Shown: positions 54,071 through 62,634, counted from the first letter of the stretch. The stretch: DNA of 64,000 nucleotides from a virus (IMGVR_UViG_3300032250_000269:25069-89068), one strand, 5' to 3'. A program made the numbers and translations. Notes: generated from the letters alone by a model not told the origin.

Positions 54071-54144
54071 TGCCCTGTCGTCTAAAGGTAGGACAGGTGG
54101 TTTTGATCCATCTAATTGGGGTTCGAATCCCTGCGGGGCATCCA
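54071..54144 (+). tRNA. tRNA-Gln (UUG)
   Basis: Acceptor TGCCCTG/CGGGGCA, arm GGTGG-TTTTGAT-CCATC, T-loop TTCGAAT. Confidence 0.6.
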
Positions 54145-54171
54145 AAATAAACTTTATAATGGAGAATGATT

Positions 54172-54519
54172 ATGTCTAAGACTATTACTGATGTTGTTGC
54201 CGAGAAGATTGCTGAAATTTCACCAGCAGTTAATGATAAGGTTATCGATGCTCTTGTAGCTCGTGAACTTGATAAGCGTTCAGATGCTATTCTAGCAGGA
54301 CTAGATAAGCTTAATTCTCTGAAGAATGATCTTAAGAAGATCAAGCCTGATGTTGGTGGTTACTTCGATGAAGATGGTAACGAGACCAAGCCAATGCAGT
54401 ATAGCAAGGCAAAGTTTGAAGAGCTTAAGAAGGGCAAGGAACAGATTGATAAGGTGCAGAAGGCGCTTGATCTTGCAATTGACAAGGGCGATATGTCAAA
54501 GCTGTATGATTTGAAGTAA
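54172..54519 (+). CDS. hypothetical coiled-coil protein
   Basis: 115 aa. Confidence 0.45.
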   Translation: MSKTITDVVAEKIAEISPAVNDKVIDALVARELDKRSDAILAGLDKLNSLKNDLKKIKPDVGGYFDEDGNETKPMQYSKAKFEELKKGKEQIDKVQKALDLAIDKGDMSKLYDLK

Positions 54520-54520
54520 T

Positions 54521-54877
54521 ATGAATACGGAAGAGATGTTCCAAGAGGTTGAGCGTAGAGTAACGGATAGTCTTTTGGAACATCTTATTCCAAAGGCTAT
54601 AAACAAACACGCCAAATCAAAAACACACTTTCATAATTGTGACTGTAACTATTGTCACATGAAGAAAGAAGCCACACGCAATATTGCTCATGTAGTCTTT
54701 CCAAAAGATTGTGAGCGTCCCATAATCAATAATGGTATTGTTACTGCTATTGATCCTGTTACATTTGATCCAATAGTGATTGGTGGAGAATGTGAACCAT
54801 GGGAAGTCAAAGACATATTGCGTAAAAATTTACGTGAACATTATCGTAACAAATTGAAGGAATTATATGATGAGTGA
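54521..54877 (+). CDS. hypothetical protein (Cys/His cluster HNCDCNYCH)
   Basis: 118 aa. Confidence 0.45.
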   Translation: MNTEEMFQEVERRVTDSLLEHLIPKAINKHAKSKTHFHNCDCNYCHMKKEATRNIAHVVFPKDCERPIINNGIVTAIDPVTFDPIVIGGECEPWEVKDILRKNLREHYRNKLKELYDE

Positions 54878-55106
54878 TAACATTTCTGCAAATCAACTAC
54901 TACAGTACATTGAACGTATTGAACGTATCGAAGAAGAACTTGATGGTATCAAGGGTGATCGTAAGGACGTATATGCTGAAGCAAAGGCAGTAGGGTTTGA
55001 TACTAAGGCAATGCGTAAGATTGTACGTATTCGCAAGCTTGATCCTACACAACGTCAAATGGAAGAGGCGATAGAAGAAACCTATCGCACTGCACTAGGT
55101 CTCTGA
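54867..55106 (+). CDS. hypothetical small protein
   Basis: 79 aa; strong hairpin terminator follows. Confidence 0.45.
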   Translation: MMSDNISANQLLQYIERIERIEEELDGIKGDRKDVYAEAKAVGFDTKAMRKIVRIRKLDPTQRQMEEAIEETYRTALGL

Positions 55107-55111
55107 TATTT

Positions 55112-55147
55112 GTTCAACCCCTGCCTAAAAAACAGGGGTTGAACTTT
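55112..55147 (+). terminator. hairpin terminator
   Basis: GTTCAACCCCTG-CCTAAAAAA-CAGGGGTTGAAC perfect 12-bp stem, weak T tract. Confidence 0.6.
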
Positions 55148-55176
55148 AATAAATATACTAAAAGAAAGGAAACAAA

Positions 55177-55818
55177 ATGAAAACTTTTAGTGCATTTATT
55201 TCAGAAAATCGTGAAAACAACACACGTAAGACACAGGTTGCCACAACTGGTGGCACCTATAAAAAAACAGGCGAATTCCTTAAGGATAAGCTTGCTCCTA
55301 AGTCAAAGATCATCAGTATTGGTGCTGGTTTAGATCAGACACGTGAAGGTCTTCATGTAGGGCTTGGCGAAAATCATGGTCATACTATTCATGATCATGA
55401 ACCACACCCTGAAGGACGTAAGGTTAAGCCAGAATACACAGATGCATCACGCATTCCAAAGAATGGATATCATGCTGCTGTATCACATAACGTTTTGAAT
55501 GTTGTCGAGCCACATGTACGTGAACACGTAATGCATTCTATCTTCAATTCCGTTAAGGAAGGTGGTCATGCTGTTATTGGCACACGTAAATGGAGTGGCG
55601 ATATCAACACAAACAAGAACTTTGAAAAGGGTGATGAACCTAAATCAATGTGGGTCAAGAGAGGAAATACCACATCATATCAAAAAGGATATGATGGTAA
55701 TGAACTGAAGGACTATGTTGAAGATTATGCAAAGCGCAATGGTCATAAGGTTGAAGTTAAAAATTTAAACGGTATTGCAAAAAGTGGTGTTCACGTAAAA
55801 ATTATAAAAAAGGGTTGA
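55177..55818 (+). CDS. His-rich protein with CTS-like N-terminus
   Basis: MKTFSAFISE N-terminus; 213 aa. Confidence 0.5.
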   Translation: MKTFSAFISENRENNTRKTQVATTGGTYKKTGEFLKDKLAPKSKIISIGAGLDQTREGLHVGLGENHGHTIHDHEPHPEGRKVKPEYTDASRIPKNGYHAAVSHNVLNVVEPHVREHVMHSIFNSVKEGGHAVIGTRKWSGDINTNKNFEKGDEPKSMWVKRGNTTSYQKGYDGNELKDYVEDYAKRNGHKVEVKNLNGIAKSGVHVKIIKKG

Positions 55819-55869
55819 CACCCACCTCAGAATCGCATATTAAGAGTTCATACAGCGATGGAGGAAAGT
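55815..55869 (+). promoter_or_regulatory. consensus promoter
   Basis: TTGACA CCCACCTCAGAATCGCA TATTAA GAGTTCATACA. Confidence 0.5.
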
Positions 55870-56010
55870 ATGAAGACACGTAATCCGATTGCCCGCTCTC
55901 TTCGTAGCGCACATCTTAAACCTAAGATTGTTCGTGCAAAGAAGGGCAAAGGTTCTTACCGCCGTAAGAAAAAAGTTACGGCGGTTGACTTTCTTCAGCG
56001 AATCGCTTAA
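55870..56010 (+). CDS. small basic peptide, possibly ArfA-like ribosome-rescue factor
   Basis: 46 aa; KKGKGSYRRKKK resembles the E. coli ArfA KGKGSYMRKGK segment (recalled, not searched). Confidence 0.4.
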   Translation: MKTRNPIARSLRSAHLKPKIVRAKKGKGSYRRKKKVTAVDFLQRIA

Positions 56011-56040
56011 AAGAATTTTGAGACAAACGGAGATTATATT

Positions 56041-56373
56041 ATGACTGATTGTTATTGGTATAGGCGAGGAAAATATCAGCAACTTGCTGAAGCTCTTCAA
56101 ACCCGAATTCCCGTGGATGGTGAAGTTCCAAATAAGGATGAAAATCCTAAGCTTGAAGAGTATCGTAAGGTTGCTAATCAGTACTACGACCTTTTCAATA
56201 ATGGTCTTCATAATCAGCCTTATCACTTTAAACGCCGTTTTGGTGTTACTGTGGTAGAAGCTCGTTCTATACTTCGTGTTGGCGGAATTCTTGAATGTGA
56301 TATTCTTCGCACGATTGAATCAAGCGTTGACAACTTTATTCTTGAAGCTGCACGTGAACAGGGATTGATCTAA
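56041..56373 (+). CDS. hypothetical protein
   Basis: 110 aa. Confidence 0.45.
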   Translation: MTDCYWYRRGKYQQLAEALQTRIPVDGEVPNKDENPKLEEYRKVANQYYDLFNNGLHNQPYHFKRRFGVTVVEARSILRVGGILECDILRTIESSVDNFILEAAREQGLI

Positions 56374-56654
56374 TGGAAATTATTAGCCCTCGTGATCAGT
56401 ACGGATGGATTACGGCAATCATTGAAGGTCGATGGGTTCAAGCAAAGGTTTATGACTTACCTTCTTATTATGGCGTTTATGATGGTCGTGTGTCAAAGAT
56501 TTCTATTGGTAAGCCACGTTATCGTGATCCTACTCAAAACTTTTTTGAACAGATGTGTTATAATTATGACCGTGGTTTGGATTTTGATGAAGCACCTGAA
56601 GGACTGGTTCAAAAGATTGTAGCAGAGTTGGAAAAGCTTCCTCCTCTTGATTAA
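56373..56654 (+). CDS. hypothetical protein
   Basis: 93 aa. Confidence 0.45.
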   Translation: MEIISPRDQYGWITAIIEGRWVQAKVYDLPSYYGVYDGRVSKISIGKPRYRDPTQNFFEQMCYNYDRGLDFDEAPEGLVQKIVAELEKLPPLD

Positions 56655-56673
56655 AAATAAAACAAAATAAGTG

Positions 56674-56730
56674 TTGACATAAAGCTATCGAATCGTTATA
56701 AAGAGTTCAACAAAGCAAATGGAGATTGAC
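56674..56730 (+). promoter_or_regulatory. consensus promoter
   Basis: TTGACA TAAAGCTATCGAATCGT TATAAA GAGTTCAACAAAGC. Confidence 0.6.
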
Positions 56731-56952
56731 ATGAGCCGTACTCGTCGTAATGGTTGGACCGCTGTCACTGGTTCTGATGTAGATAATCGTGGTATCAAGC
56801 ATCATGCTACCAATGATTGGTTTTCTAAGAAGAATGCCTGTCGTGGTACTTCTGATGATAGCTGGGATGAATATTGGGGTCGTGATAAGAGCACTGTGAA
56901 GAAGATCACTCGTCGTGCCACACGCCGTCATCTCAATTCAGACTGTTTTTGA
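56731..56952 (+). CDS. hypothetical small basic protein
   Basis: Consensus promoter upstream. Confidence 0.45.
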   Translation: MSRTRRNGWTAVTGSDVDNRGIKHHATNDWFSKKNACRGTSDDSWDEYWGRDKSTVKKITRRATRRHLNSDCF

Positions 56953-56960
56953 TAATTAAT

Positions 56961-57037
56961 GGACATGTAGCTCAGTAGGTAGAGCAGGGGACTCTTAATC
57001 CCAAGGTCGATGGGTTCAAATCCCTCCATGTCCACCA
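56961..57037 (+). tRNA. tRNA-Lys-like (CUU loop CTCTTAA)
   Basis: Acceptor GGACATG/CATGTCC, T-arm ATGGG-TTCAAAT-CCCTC, CCA. Confidence 0.55.
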
Positions 57038-57170
57038 GTTTGCGGTAAGACTAACACCAACTTATTATTCTATGCATTATCCTGAGTGTTAGAGTGGGTA
57101 TGATTAGGAATAATAAGCCCAAAGTAAGGCGTACCGGAATGCGTCGGAAAAGGTGCCGCAATTTAGTTTT

Positions 57171-57247
57171 GGCCCCATGGTGTAAATAGTAGAGCATACG
57201 AGTCTCTCAAATTCGTGATCCGGGTTCGCATCCCGGTGGGGCCACCA
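57171..57247 (+). tRNA. tRNA-Glu (CUC) probable
   Basis: Acceptor GGCCCCA/TGGGGCC, arm CGAGT-CTCTCAA-ATTCG, T-arm CCGGG-TTCGCAT-CCCGG. Confidence 0.55.
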
Positions 57248-57253
57248 CAAATT

Positions 57254-57329
57254 GGACCATTAGCTCAGTAGGTAGAGCAAGGGGCTTTTAACCTCTGTGT
57301 CGTTGGTTCGAACCCAACATGGTCCACCA
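57254..57329 (+). tRNA. tRNA-Lys (UUU)
   Basis: Acceptor GGACCAT/ATGGTCC, loop CTTTTAA, T-arm GTTGG-TTCGAAC-CCAAC. Confidence 0.6.
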
Positions 57330-57350
57330 TTTTTATAAAGGATATATATT

Positions 57351-57530
57351 ATGAAGTATGTTATTGTTGCTATTCTTGCTATTTCTCTTGCTGCTTGTGG
57401 TAAGATGGATCAGATGCAAGCACATTATACCGGATATTCAAAGATTTGTGTTGACCATGTTCAGTACATTCAGTTTACATCTGGTGCTGCTGTTCAAGTA
57501 GATACAGACGGTAAGCCTGTAGGTTGTTAA
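57351..57530 (+). CDS. small lipoprotein (59 aa)
   Basis: MKYVIVAILAISLAAC signal with lipobox; below track size cut-off. Confidence 0.4.
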   Translation: MKYVIVAILAISLAACGKMDQMQAHYTGYSKICVDHVQYIQFTSGAAVQVDTDGKPVGC

Positions 57531-57552
57531 ATTATAAGGAAACATAAAATAT

Positions 57553-57723
57553 ATGACATGTAGAACTCAGACATTACTTAGCCTTATTGAACGACGAAAT
57601 TCATGTTGGGCAATGGCTAAAGTTTTCTTAGAAAATGAGGATGCTCATGGCATACATGATATGGGTGTAGAAATACAAGCTCTTGATAGAGCAATTAAAG
57701 AAATTGAAAAGATTACATTTTAA
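57553..57723 (+). CDS. hypothetical small protein
   Basis: 56 aa. Confidence 0.35.
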   Translation: MTCRTQTLLSLIERRNSCWAMAKVFLENEDAHGIHDMGVEIQALDRAIKEIEKITF

Positions 57724-57729
57724 GTTAAT

Positions 57730-57805
57730 GCTCCTGTAGCTCAACGGTTAGAGCAGTCGCCTCATAAGCGATTGGTTGTAGGTTCGAATCCTACCGGGAG
57801 CACCA
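57730..57805 (+). tRNA. tRNA with CAU anticodon (candidate tRNA-Ile2/lysidine substrate), directly upstream of tilS
   Basis: Acceptor GCTCCTG/CGGGAGC, arm GTCGC-CTCATAA-GCGAT, T-arm GTAGG-TTCGAAT-CCTAC. Confidence 0.65.
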
Positions 57806-57823
57806 TTTTTAGGATAGAAGATC

Positions 57824-58477
57824 ATGGCTTCTTGGAGAACTATTAGAAAAGATATTGAAAATACTTCTAATAGATATCTGGTTTGTGTGTCTGGTGGTGT
57901 TGATTCTGTTTTTCTTCTTGATTTTCTATTCCGTTGCAATGTGTATATTGAGATTGCTCATTTCAATCATCACATTCGAGAAGATTCTGATAAGGATCAA
58001 GAACTTGTTGTTGGTCTTGCTAGATCAAAAAATTGTGTTATTTGGACAGGCGAATCTCATTCATTGAATTCAGATTCAAATGAACTTGATGCAAGAACAC
58101 AACGATGGGATGTTATTGAATCTATTGCTCGTCATAGAAACTTTACACATATTATCACGGCACATCATGCAGATGATCAGATTGAGAATGTGTTGATTAG
58201 ACTGATGAGAGGCGATCCACATAACAGTCTGGCTATGCAAAAGGCAACTGAAGTAAATGGTTTCATTCGATATAAGCCTTTGCTAAATGTGACTAAGGCT
58301 GAAATTGTTGAACAAGCCGAAAAAAGACAGTTGACATGGAACGAAGATAGTACTAATGTCGATGAAGAATACGATAGAAACTTTGTTAGACATTCATTGC
58401 TACCAATGATGGCAACAAGAACTAACATTTATCAATCTATTCTTACAGGTGTTGAAAAGACACAAAATAGTTTTTAA
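57824..58477 (+). CDS. tilS: tRNA(Ile)-lysidine synthetase-like PP-loop ATPase (TilS N-terminal domain)
   Basis: LVCVSGGVDSVFLL PP-loop (SGGxDS) and AHFNHHIR; lies directly after a CAU-anticodon tRNA. Confidence 0.7.
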   Translation: MASWRTIRKDIENTSNRYLVCVSGGVDSVFLLDFLFRCNVYIEIAHFNHHIREDSDKDQELVVGLARSKNCVIWTGESHSLNSDSNELDARTQRWDVIESIARHRNFTHIITAHHADDQIENVLIRLMRGDPHNSLAMQKATEVNGFIRYKPLLNVTKAEIVEQAEKRQLTWNEDSTNVDEEYDRNFVRHSLLPMMATRTNIYQSILTGVEKTQNSF

Positions 58478-58522
58478 TGTCTGATTAAGTTCAGACTACA
58501 GCCGATACTGAGAGTCATTTAT

Positions 58523-58598
58523 GGACCGGTAACTCAGTAGGTAGAGTGTGGGACTTTTAATCCTAAAGTCGTGAGTTCGAACCTCACCCGGTCCACCA
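58523..58598 (+). tRNA. tRNA-Lys-like (UUU loop CTTTTAA)
   Basis: Acceptor GGACCGG/CCGGTCC, T-arm GTGAG-TTCGAAC-CTCAC. Confidence 0.55.
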
Positions 58599-58609
58599 TT
58601 ATTCGTCAC

Positions 58610-58662
58610 ATGTGGCCAAATATGGCCAATTATAGGTATTAACTCGTCATATTTGGCCACAT
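58610..58662. repeat. 15-bp inverted repeat (hairpin) just 3' of a tRNA
   Basis: ATGTGGCCAAATATG ... CATATTTGGCCACAT, 23-nt loop. Confidence 0.7.
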
Positions 58663-58940
58663 ACGGACATTTAATTATGGTAGAATATTATTGTCACAAT
58701 GATAACAAGATGAAGAATTTCAGCGACACAAAGCTAAAGAGACTTCTTTTACTTGCTAAATACCGTGGCGGTAGTAAAAGTCTATACCATTATTACTACT
58801 ATCTAGTATTTGAAGGTTTGGTTACATGGACATTAGGAACCGCTTTCATTACTAAAGATGGTGAAGAATTGCTTGAAGAATTATTGGAACGTGGGCAGTG
58901 TGGCAATTGCAGCGGTTTGCTAAACCGTACAACCCGTTAA
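58653..58940 (+). CDS. doubtful ORF
   Basis: TTG start inside a 15-bp hairpin; 3' end overlaps tRNA-Ser(GCU). Confidence 0.2.
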   Translation: MATYGHLIMVEYYCHNDNKMKNFSDTKLKRLLLLAKYRGGSKSLYHYYYYLVFEGLVTWTLGTAFITKDGEELLEELLERGQCGNCSGLLNRTTR

Positions 58941-58976
58941 AAGGTTGGCAGGGTTCGACTCCCTGACGTTCCGCCA
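58886..58976 (+). tRNA. tRNA-Ser (GCU), class II
   Basis: Perfect 7-bp acceptor GGAACGT/ACGTTCC, loop TTGCTAA, variable-arm hairpin AACCCGTTAAAAGGTT, T-arm CAGGG-TTCGACT-CCCTG, G73 then CCA. Confidence 0.65.
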
Positions 58977-59066
58977 GATGTTAGTGCCCATGTTTTACCG
59001 AGTGGGAAATTACACCTGAGTTGGAAGAGGGATGCATACCTCGTTAGAACCTTCATCGGTATCCAT

Positions 59067-59144
59067 GGCACTGTAGCCCAACTGGCAGAGGCATCACCCT
59101 CAAAATGTGAAAAGGTGTGAGTTCGAATCTCACCAGTGCTACCA
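59067..59144 (+). tRNA. class I-length tRNA with apparent CAA anticodon (Leu-type), A73
   Basis: Acceptor GGCACTG/CAGTGCT, loop CTCAAAA, T-arm GTGAG-TTCGAAT-CTCAC. Confidence 0.5.
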
Positions 59145-59153
59145 TATAAATAA

Positions 59154-59231
59154 GGGTCGGTGGCGGAGTGGTCCATCGCACAGGACTGCAAATCCTGAAA
59201 GCCGTGGGTTCGAATCCCACCCGGTCCTCCA
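59154..59231 (+). tRNA. tRNA-Cys (GCA)
   Basis: Arm CAGGA-CTGCAAA-TCCTG, T-arm GTGGG-TTCGAAT-CCCAC, acceptor GGGTCGG/CCGGTCC. Confidence 0.6.
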
Positions 59232-59246
59232 TTAAACGGAAAACAG

Positions 59247-59996
59247 ATGACAAAATATAAAACAATTTTCATCAGTGATGTGCATTTGGGTACGAAAGAT
59301 TGTAAGGCTGATTACCTTGACAATTTCCTCAAAAACAATAGCTGTGAAACTTTATATCTTGTTGGTGACATTATTGATGCTTGGAAAATACAGCAAAATA
59401 AAATGAAATGGAAACAATCACATACAGATGTTATCCGTAGAATTTTAAAGCTTGCAAAAAAAGGCACTCAAGTCATATATGTTGCTGGTAATCATGATGA
59501 ATTCCTTCGTCCTATGATACCATATGCAGCTAGTTTTGGTAATGTAAAAATATGTAATCAAATAACTCATACTGGCATAGACGGTAAGAAATATCTTGTT
59601 GTTCATGGTGATCTATTTGATGGTATTACGAGACTAGCACCATGGATCAGTTTTCTTGGTGATCGTGCATATGATATTATACTAAACATCAATAGTAGAT
59701 TTAATTGGATGCGTCATAGACTTGGTTTTGGTTACTGGTCATTAAGCAAATGGTTGAAACATAGAGTTAAAAAAGCCATTGATTTTATTTTTATGTTTGA
59801 AAAAACCATAACAGCCTATGCTAAAAAGCGTGGGTTTGATGGCGTTATCTGTGGACATATCCATCACGCAGAGATAAAGACTATAGATGATATTATCTAC
59901 ATGAATGATGGTGATTGGGTAGAATCGTTAACTTCTCTTGTTGAACATCATGATGGAACATGGGAAATTATAACATGGAAAGAAATAAAAATATAA
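59247..59996 (+). CDS. calcineurin-like metallophosphoesterase (LpxH-like)
   Basis: ISDVHLG...GDIIDAW...GNHDE motifs. Confidence 0.65.
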   Translation: MTKYKTIFISDVHLGTKDCKADYLDNFLKNNSCETLYLVGDIIDAWKIQQNKMKWKQSHTDVIRRILKLAKKGTQVIYVAGNHDEFLRPMIPYAASFGNVKICNQITHTGIDGKKYLVVHGDLFDGITRLAPWISFLGDRAYDIILNINSRFNWMRHRLGFGYWSLSKWLKHRVKKAIDFIFMFEKTITAYAKKRGFDGVICGHIHHAEIKTIDDIIYMNDGDWVESLTSLVEHHDGTWEIITWKEIKI

Positions 59997-59999
59997 AAT

Positions 60000-60173
60000 A
60001 TGGATGTTTTTGATACCCCACATTTTAAAAAGTCTTTCTGGGAATGGTTCGATGCTCTACCAAAACAGGAACGTAAAAAGTTTCAGGAATATCCTGCTGA
60101 TATGGCAGAGCTAAACTTTTATAACAGAGTGTACAAAAATTTGGTTGACAAAGTTGATTCGTCCCTATATTAA
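60000..60173 (+). CDS. hypothetical small protein
   Basis: 57 aa. Confidence 0.3.
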   Translation: MDVFDTPHFKKSFWEWFDALPKQERKKFQEYPADMAELNFYNRVYKNLVDKVDSSLY

Positions 60174-60175
60174 CA
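60145..60175 (+). promoter_or_regulatory. promoter-like TTGACA-N16-TATATT upstream of helicase
   Basis: TTGACAAAGTTGATTCGTCCCTATATT. Confidence 0.45.
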
Positions 60176-60203
60176 ATAGGACAGACAATCAAAGGAATAT
60201 ATT

Positions 60204-61721
60204 ATGACATTCAAGCCTTCACCTCTTCAGGAAGCAATTTTTGCAGCGGTAACTGATCGTACTCTTGGTTCTATCATTGTTGATGCCAAGGCGGGTTCTG
60301 GTAAGACTACTACAATTATTGAAGCTGCTAAGCGTATGTCTGGTGACATTTTTCTTGGCGCATTCAATAAGAAGATGGCAGATGAACTTTTCCTTCGCTG
60401 TAAGGGTATGTTCAATGTCAAGGCTGCTACATTCCACTCTGCTGGATATCAGGCTATTCGTAAGGTCATGCCAAACATTGGTAGCCCTACAAATGGTAAA
60501 GTGTTTGGTATCGTCAAGCAACTGAATGATCTTACTCATCAGGATGATGATTTCGATAAGCAAGCTTTTGAGATTTCTCGTATTGTGTCTATGGCTAAGC
60601 AGCGTGGTATCGGTGCAATCATTCCAGACACTATCGATGTTTGGAATTACATGATCTTGACGTTTGGTCTTGATGAAAAGCTTCCTGAACGTTTTGATGA
60701 ACCTTCTGAGATGATCTATCTCATTAAGTTCTGTCAGGAAGTTTTGAACTACGATTTCAACAACTCTGAAGACATCGATTTTGATGACATGATCTATCTG
60801 CCACTCAAGATGAATCTTGAAATGCCGCAGTATGATTGGGTTATGATTGATGAGGCACAGGACACAAATCCTTCTCGTCGTGAACTTGCCAAGCGTATGT
60901 TGAAGCCTAATGGTCGTATGTTGGCTGTTGGTGATCCGCATCAGGCAATCTATGGTTTTACTGGTGCTGATAATGATGCACTAGATCAAATTCGTGACCA
61001 GTTTAATGCTATCACTCTTCCTTTGTCGGTGACATATCGTTGCCCTAAGAAGGTGGTTGCATTGGCACAGACTTACGTTTCTGGTATTGAAGCTCATGAG
61101 AGCGCCCCTGAAGGTGAACTTGATAGCATTCTGTACTACAACCTACCTGATATGGTAAAGCCGGGAGAAGTCATTCTTTCACGCTATAACAAGTATCTGG
61201 TTAATCTCTGTTTCAAGTTTATTCGTCAGGGTAAGGCTGCAAAGATTGAAGGTCGTGAGATTGGTGCTAATCTGATTTCTCTTGCTAAGAAGTGGCGTAC
61301 CAAGGACTTCGAAACACTCAAGATGCATATTCGTGAATGGACAAAGAAGGAAATTGATCGTGCCAAAAAGAAGGGCGTAGAACGTACTGACTTCATCTCT
61401 GATCGTGCAGAAACTCTTACTGTTCTGATTGAACGTGCACAGGAACTCAAGCTTAAGGACAAGGATGCTCTTATTGAAATGATCGAAGGTCTTTTTGTTG
61501 ACGATTTGAATGGACACAAGAACAAGATTTTGCTATGCTCTGTTCACCGTGCAAAAGGTCTTGAGTGGGATACCGTCTATATGCTTGGTCGTAATGAAAT
61601 TATGGGCAAGCAATGCAAAATGGATTGGCAGACTGATCAGGAAAGAAATCTTGTGTACGTAGGTGTAACTCGTGCCAAGAAGCGTTATGTTGACGTTACT
61701 CAGGTACCAAAGAAGGTTTGA
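60204..61721 (+). CDS. SF1 DNA helicase (UvrD/Dda-like)
   Basis: Walker A AKAGSGKTTT; motif II MIDEAQDTNP. Confidence 0.75.
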   Translation: MTFKPSPLQEAIFAAVTDRTLGSIIVDAKAGSGKTTTIIEAAKRMSGDIFLGAFNKKMADELFLRCKGMFNVKAATFHSAGYQAIRKVMPNIGSPTNGKVFGIVKQLNDLTHQDDDFDKQAFEISRIVSMAKQRGIGAIIPDTIDVWNYMILTFGLDEKLPERFDEPSEMIYLIKFCQEVLNYDFNNSEDIDFDDMIYLPLKMNLEMPQYDWVMIDEAQDTNPSRRELAKRMLKPNGRMLAVGDPHQAIYGFTGADNDALDQIRDQFNAITLPLSVTYRCPKKVVALAQTYVSGIEAHESAPEGELDSILYYNLPDMVKPGEVILSRYNKYLVNLCFKFIRQGKAAKIEGREIGANLISLAKKWRTKDFETLKMHIREWTKKEIDRAKKKGVERTDFISDRAETLTVLIERAQELKLKDKDALIEMIEGLFVDDLNGHKNKILLCSVHRAKGLEWDTVYMLGRNEIMGKQCKMDWQTDQERNLVYVGVTRAKKRYVDVTQVPKKV

Positions 61722-61725
61722 TATT

Positions 61726-61851
61726 ATGGTTGTACATGTTATTGGTGGTGCTATTCTTTTTCTACTTTTTCTTTGGGGATATAATAGTATCCCTGATGAA
61801 GACCCAAAGAATGTTGCTGCTCGTAAGAGCTATGGCAAGGTAGGAGATTAA
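61726..61851 (+). CDS. small membrane peptide
   Basis: 41 aa hydrophobic. Confidence 0.3.
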   Translation: MVVHVIGGAILFLLFLWGYNSIPDEDPKNVAARKSYGKVGD

Positions 61852-61853
61852 TT

Positions 61854-62099
61854 ATGTTTTGGATTTGGTTGATTGGTTGTATTATTTTTGGTTCAATCGC
61901 AGCTTATTTTATGGGAAAGACTGACCCATATGAATATGAAGATGCAATTTTTGGCATAATTGTTGTAATTGTTTTGTGGCCAGCGGTTTTGGCACTTGCT
62001 ATGATTATTGCTCCTTTTGCCGTACCATTCATTCTTGGAGTGAGAGCAAAGAATAAACGTGAAGCAGCAAAAAAGGCTGAAAAGCTTAAGAATAAATAA
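61854..62099 (+). CDS. small membrane protein
   Basis: Two TM plus basic tail. Confidence 0.45.
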   Translation: MFWIWLIGCIIFGSIAAYFMGKTDPYEYEDAIFGIIVVIVLWPAVLALAMIIAPFAVPFILGVRAKNKREAAKKAEKLKNK

Positions 62100-62106
62100 A
62101 GTTAAT

Positions 62107-62200
62107 GGAAGGTTTACCCGATGGCTGGCAACGGGAGCGGTCTTGAAAACCGTCGAGCGTGATGAGCGCCTTGAGAGTTCGATCCTCTCACCTTCCGCCA
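62107..62200 (+). tRNA. tRNA-Ser (UGA), class II
   Basis: Acceptor GGAAGGT/ACCTTCC, arm GCGGT-CTTGAAA-ACCGT, long variable arm, T-arm GAGAG-TTCGATC-CTCTC, G73 then CCA. Confidence 0.65.
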
Positions 62201-62220
62201 AAATTTAAATAAAAAATGTA

Positions 62221-62276
62221 TTGACACTCCCCTTCGAATCGTTCATAGAGAATGCATTCGAGGGGGAGTTTTTTTA
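62221..62276 (+). promoter_or_regulatory. promoter embedded in a terminator-type hairpin
   Basis: TTGACA then stem CTCCCCTTCGAAT...ATTCGAGGGGAG plus T7; CATAGA in the loop. Confidence 0.5.
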
Positions 62277-62608
62277 TGGCTTTTGCACCGCACACCAACA
62301 CTGATGTTCATAACAGCAAGAACTACAGCAAGCAGTTTCCTTTGCTTCTTGGTTCTTTTTTTGAAAAGGAATCTAATGTTCTTTTCGAGTATGCTGTTCG
62401 TCCTGATGAAGGTATCGACTTTGCAGAAGATTGCCCACACATCGTGTATGTCACCAGCAAGATTGATGGTGTCGATCATGGTTTTCGTTATGCCAAGGTT
62501 CTGAAGACTGTGGCATGGATTGCTGTTGATGAAGATGCTGATGGTAATCCTGTTTATGAAAAGTGGGATATCAAGCAGCATAGGTTCTACGATACTTCAT
62601 GGGTATAA
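62277..62608 (+). CDS. hypothetical protein
   Basis: Promoter embedded in a terminator hairpin upstream. Confidence 0.45.
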
Positions 62609-62634
62609 ATATATAAAACCCATTGGAGTATTAT

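Noticed and set aside
58937-59272. Minus-strand ORFs (58937-59272, 59053-59265, 61893-62201, 54054-54344, 51876-52073)
   Set aside because: Each lies directly antisense to well-formed tRNA genes (Leu-type/Cys, Ser, Gln, Gly) and has no translation signals.
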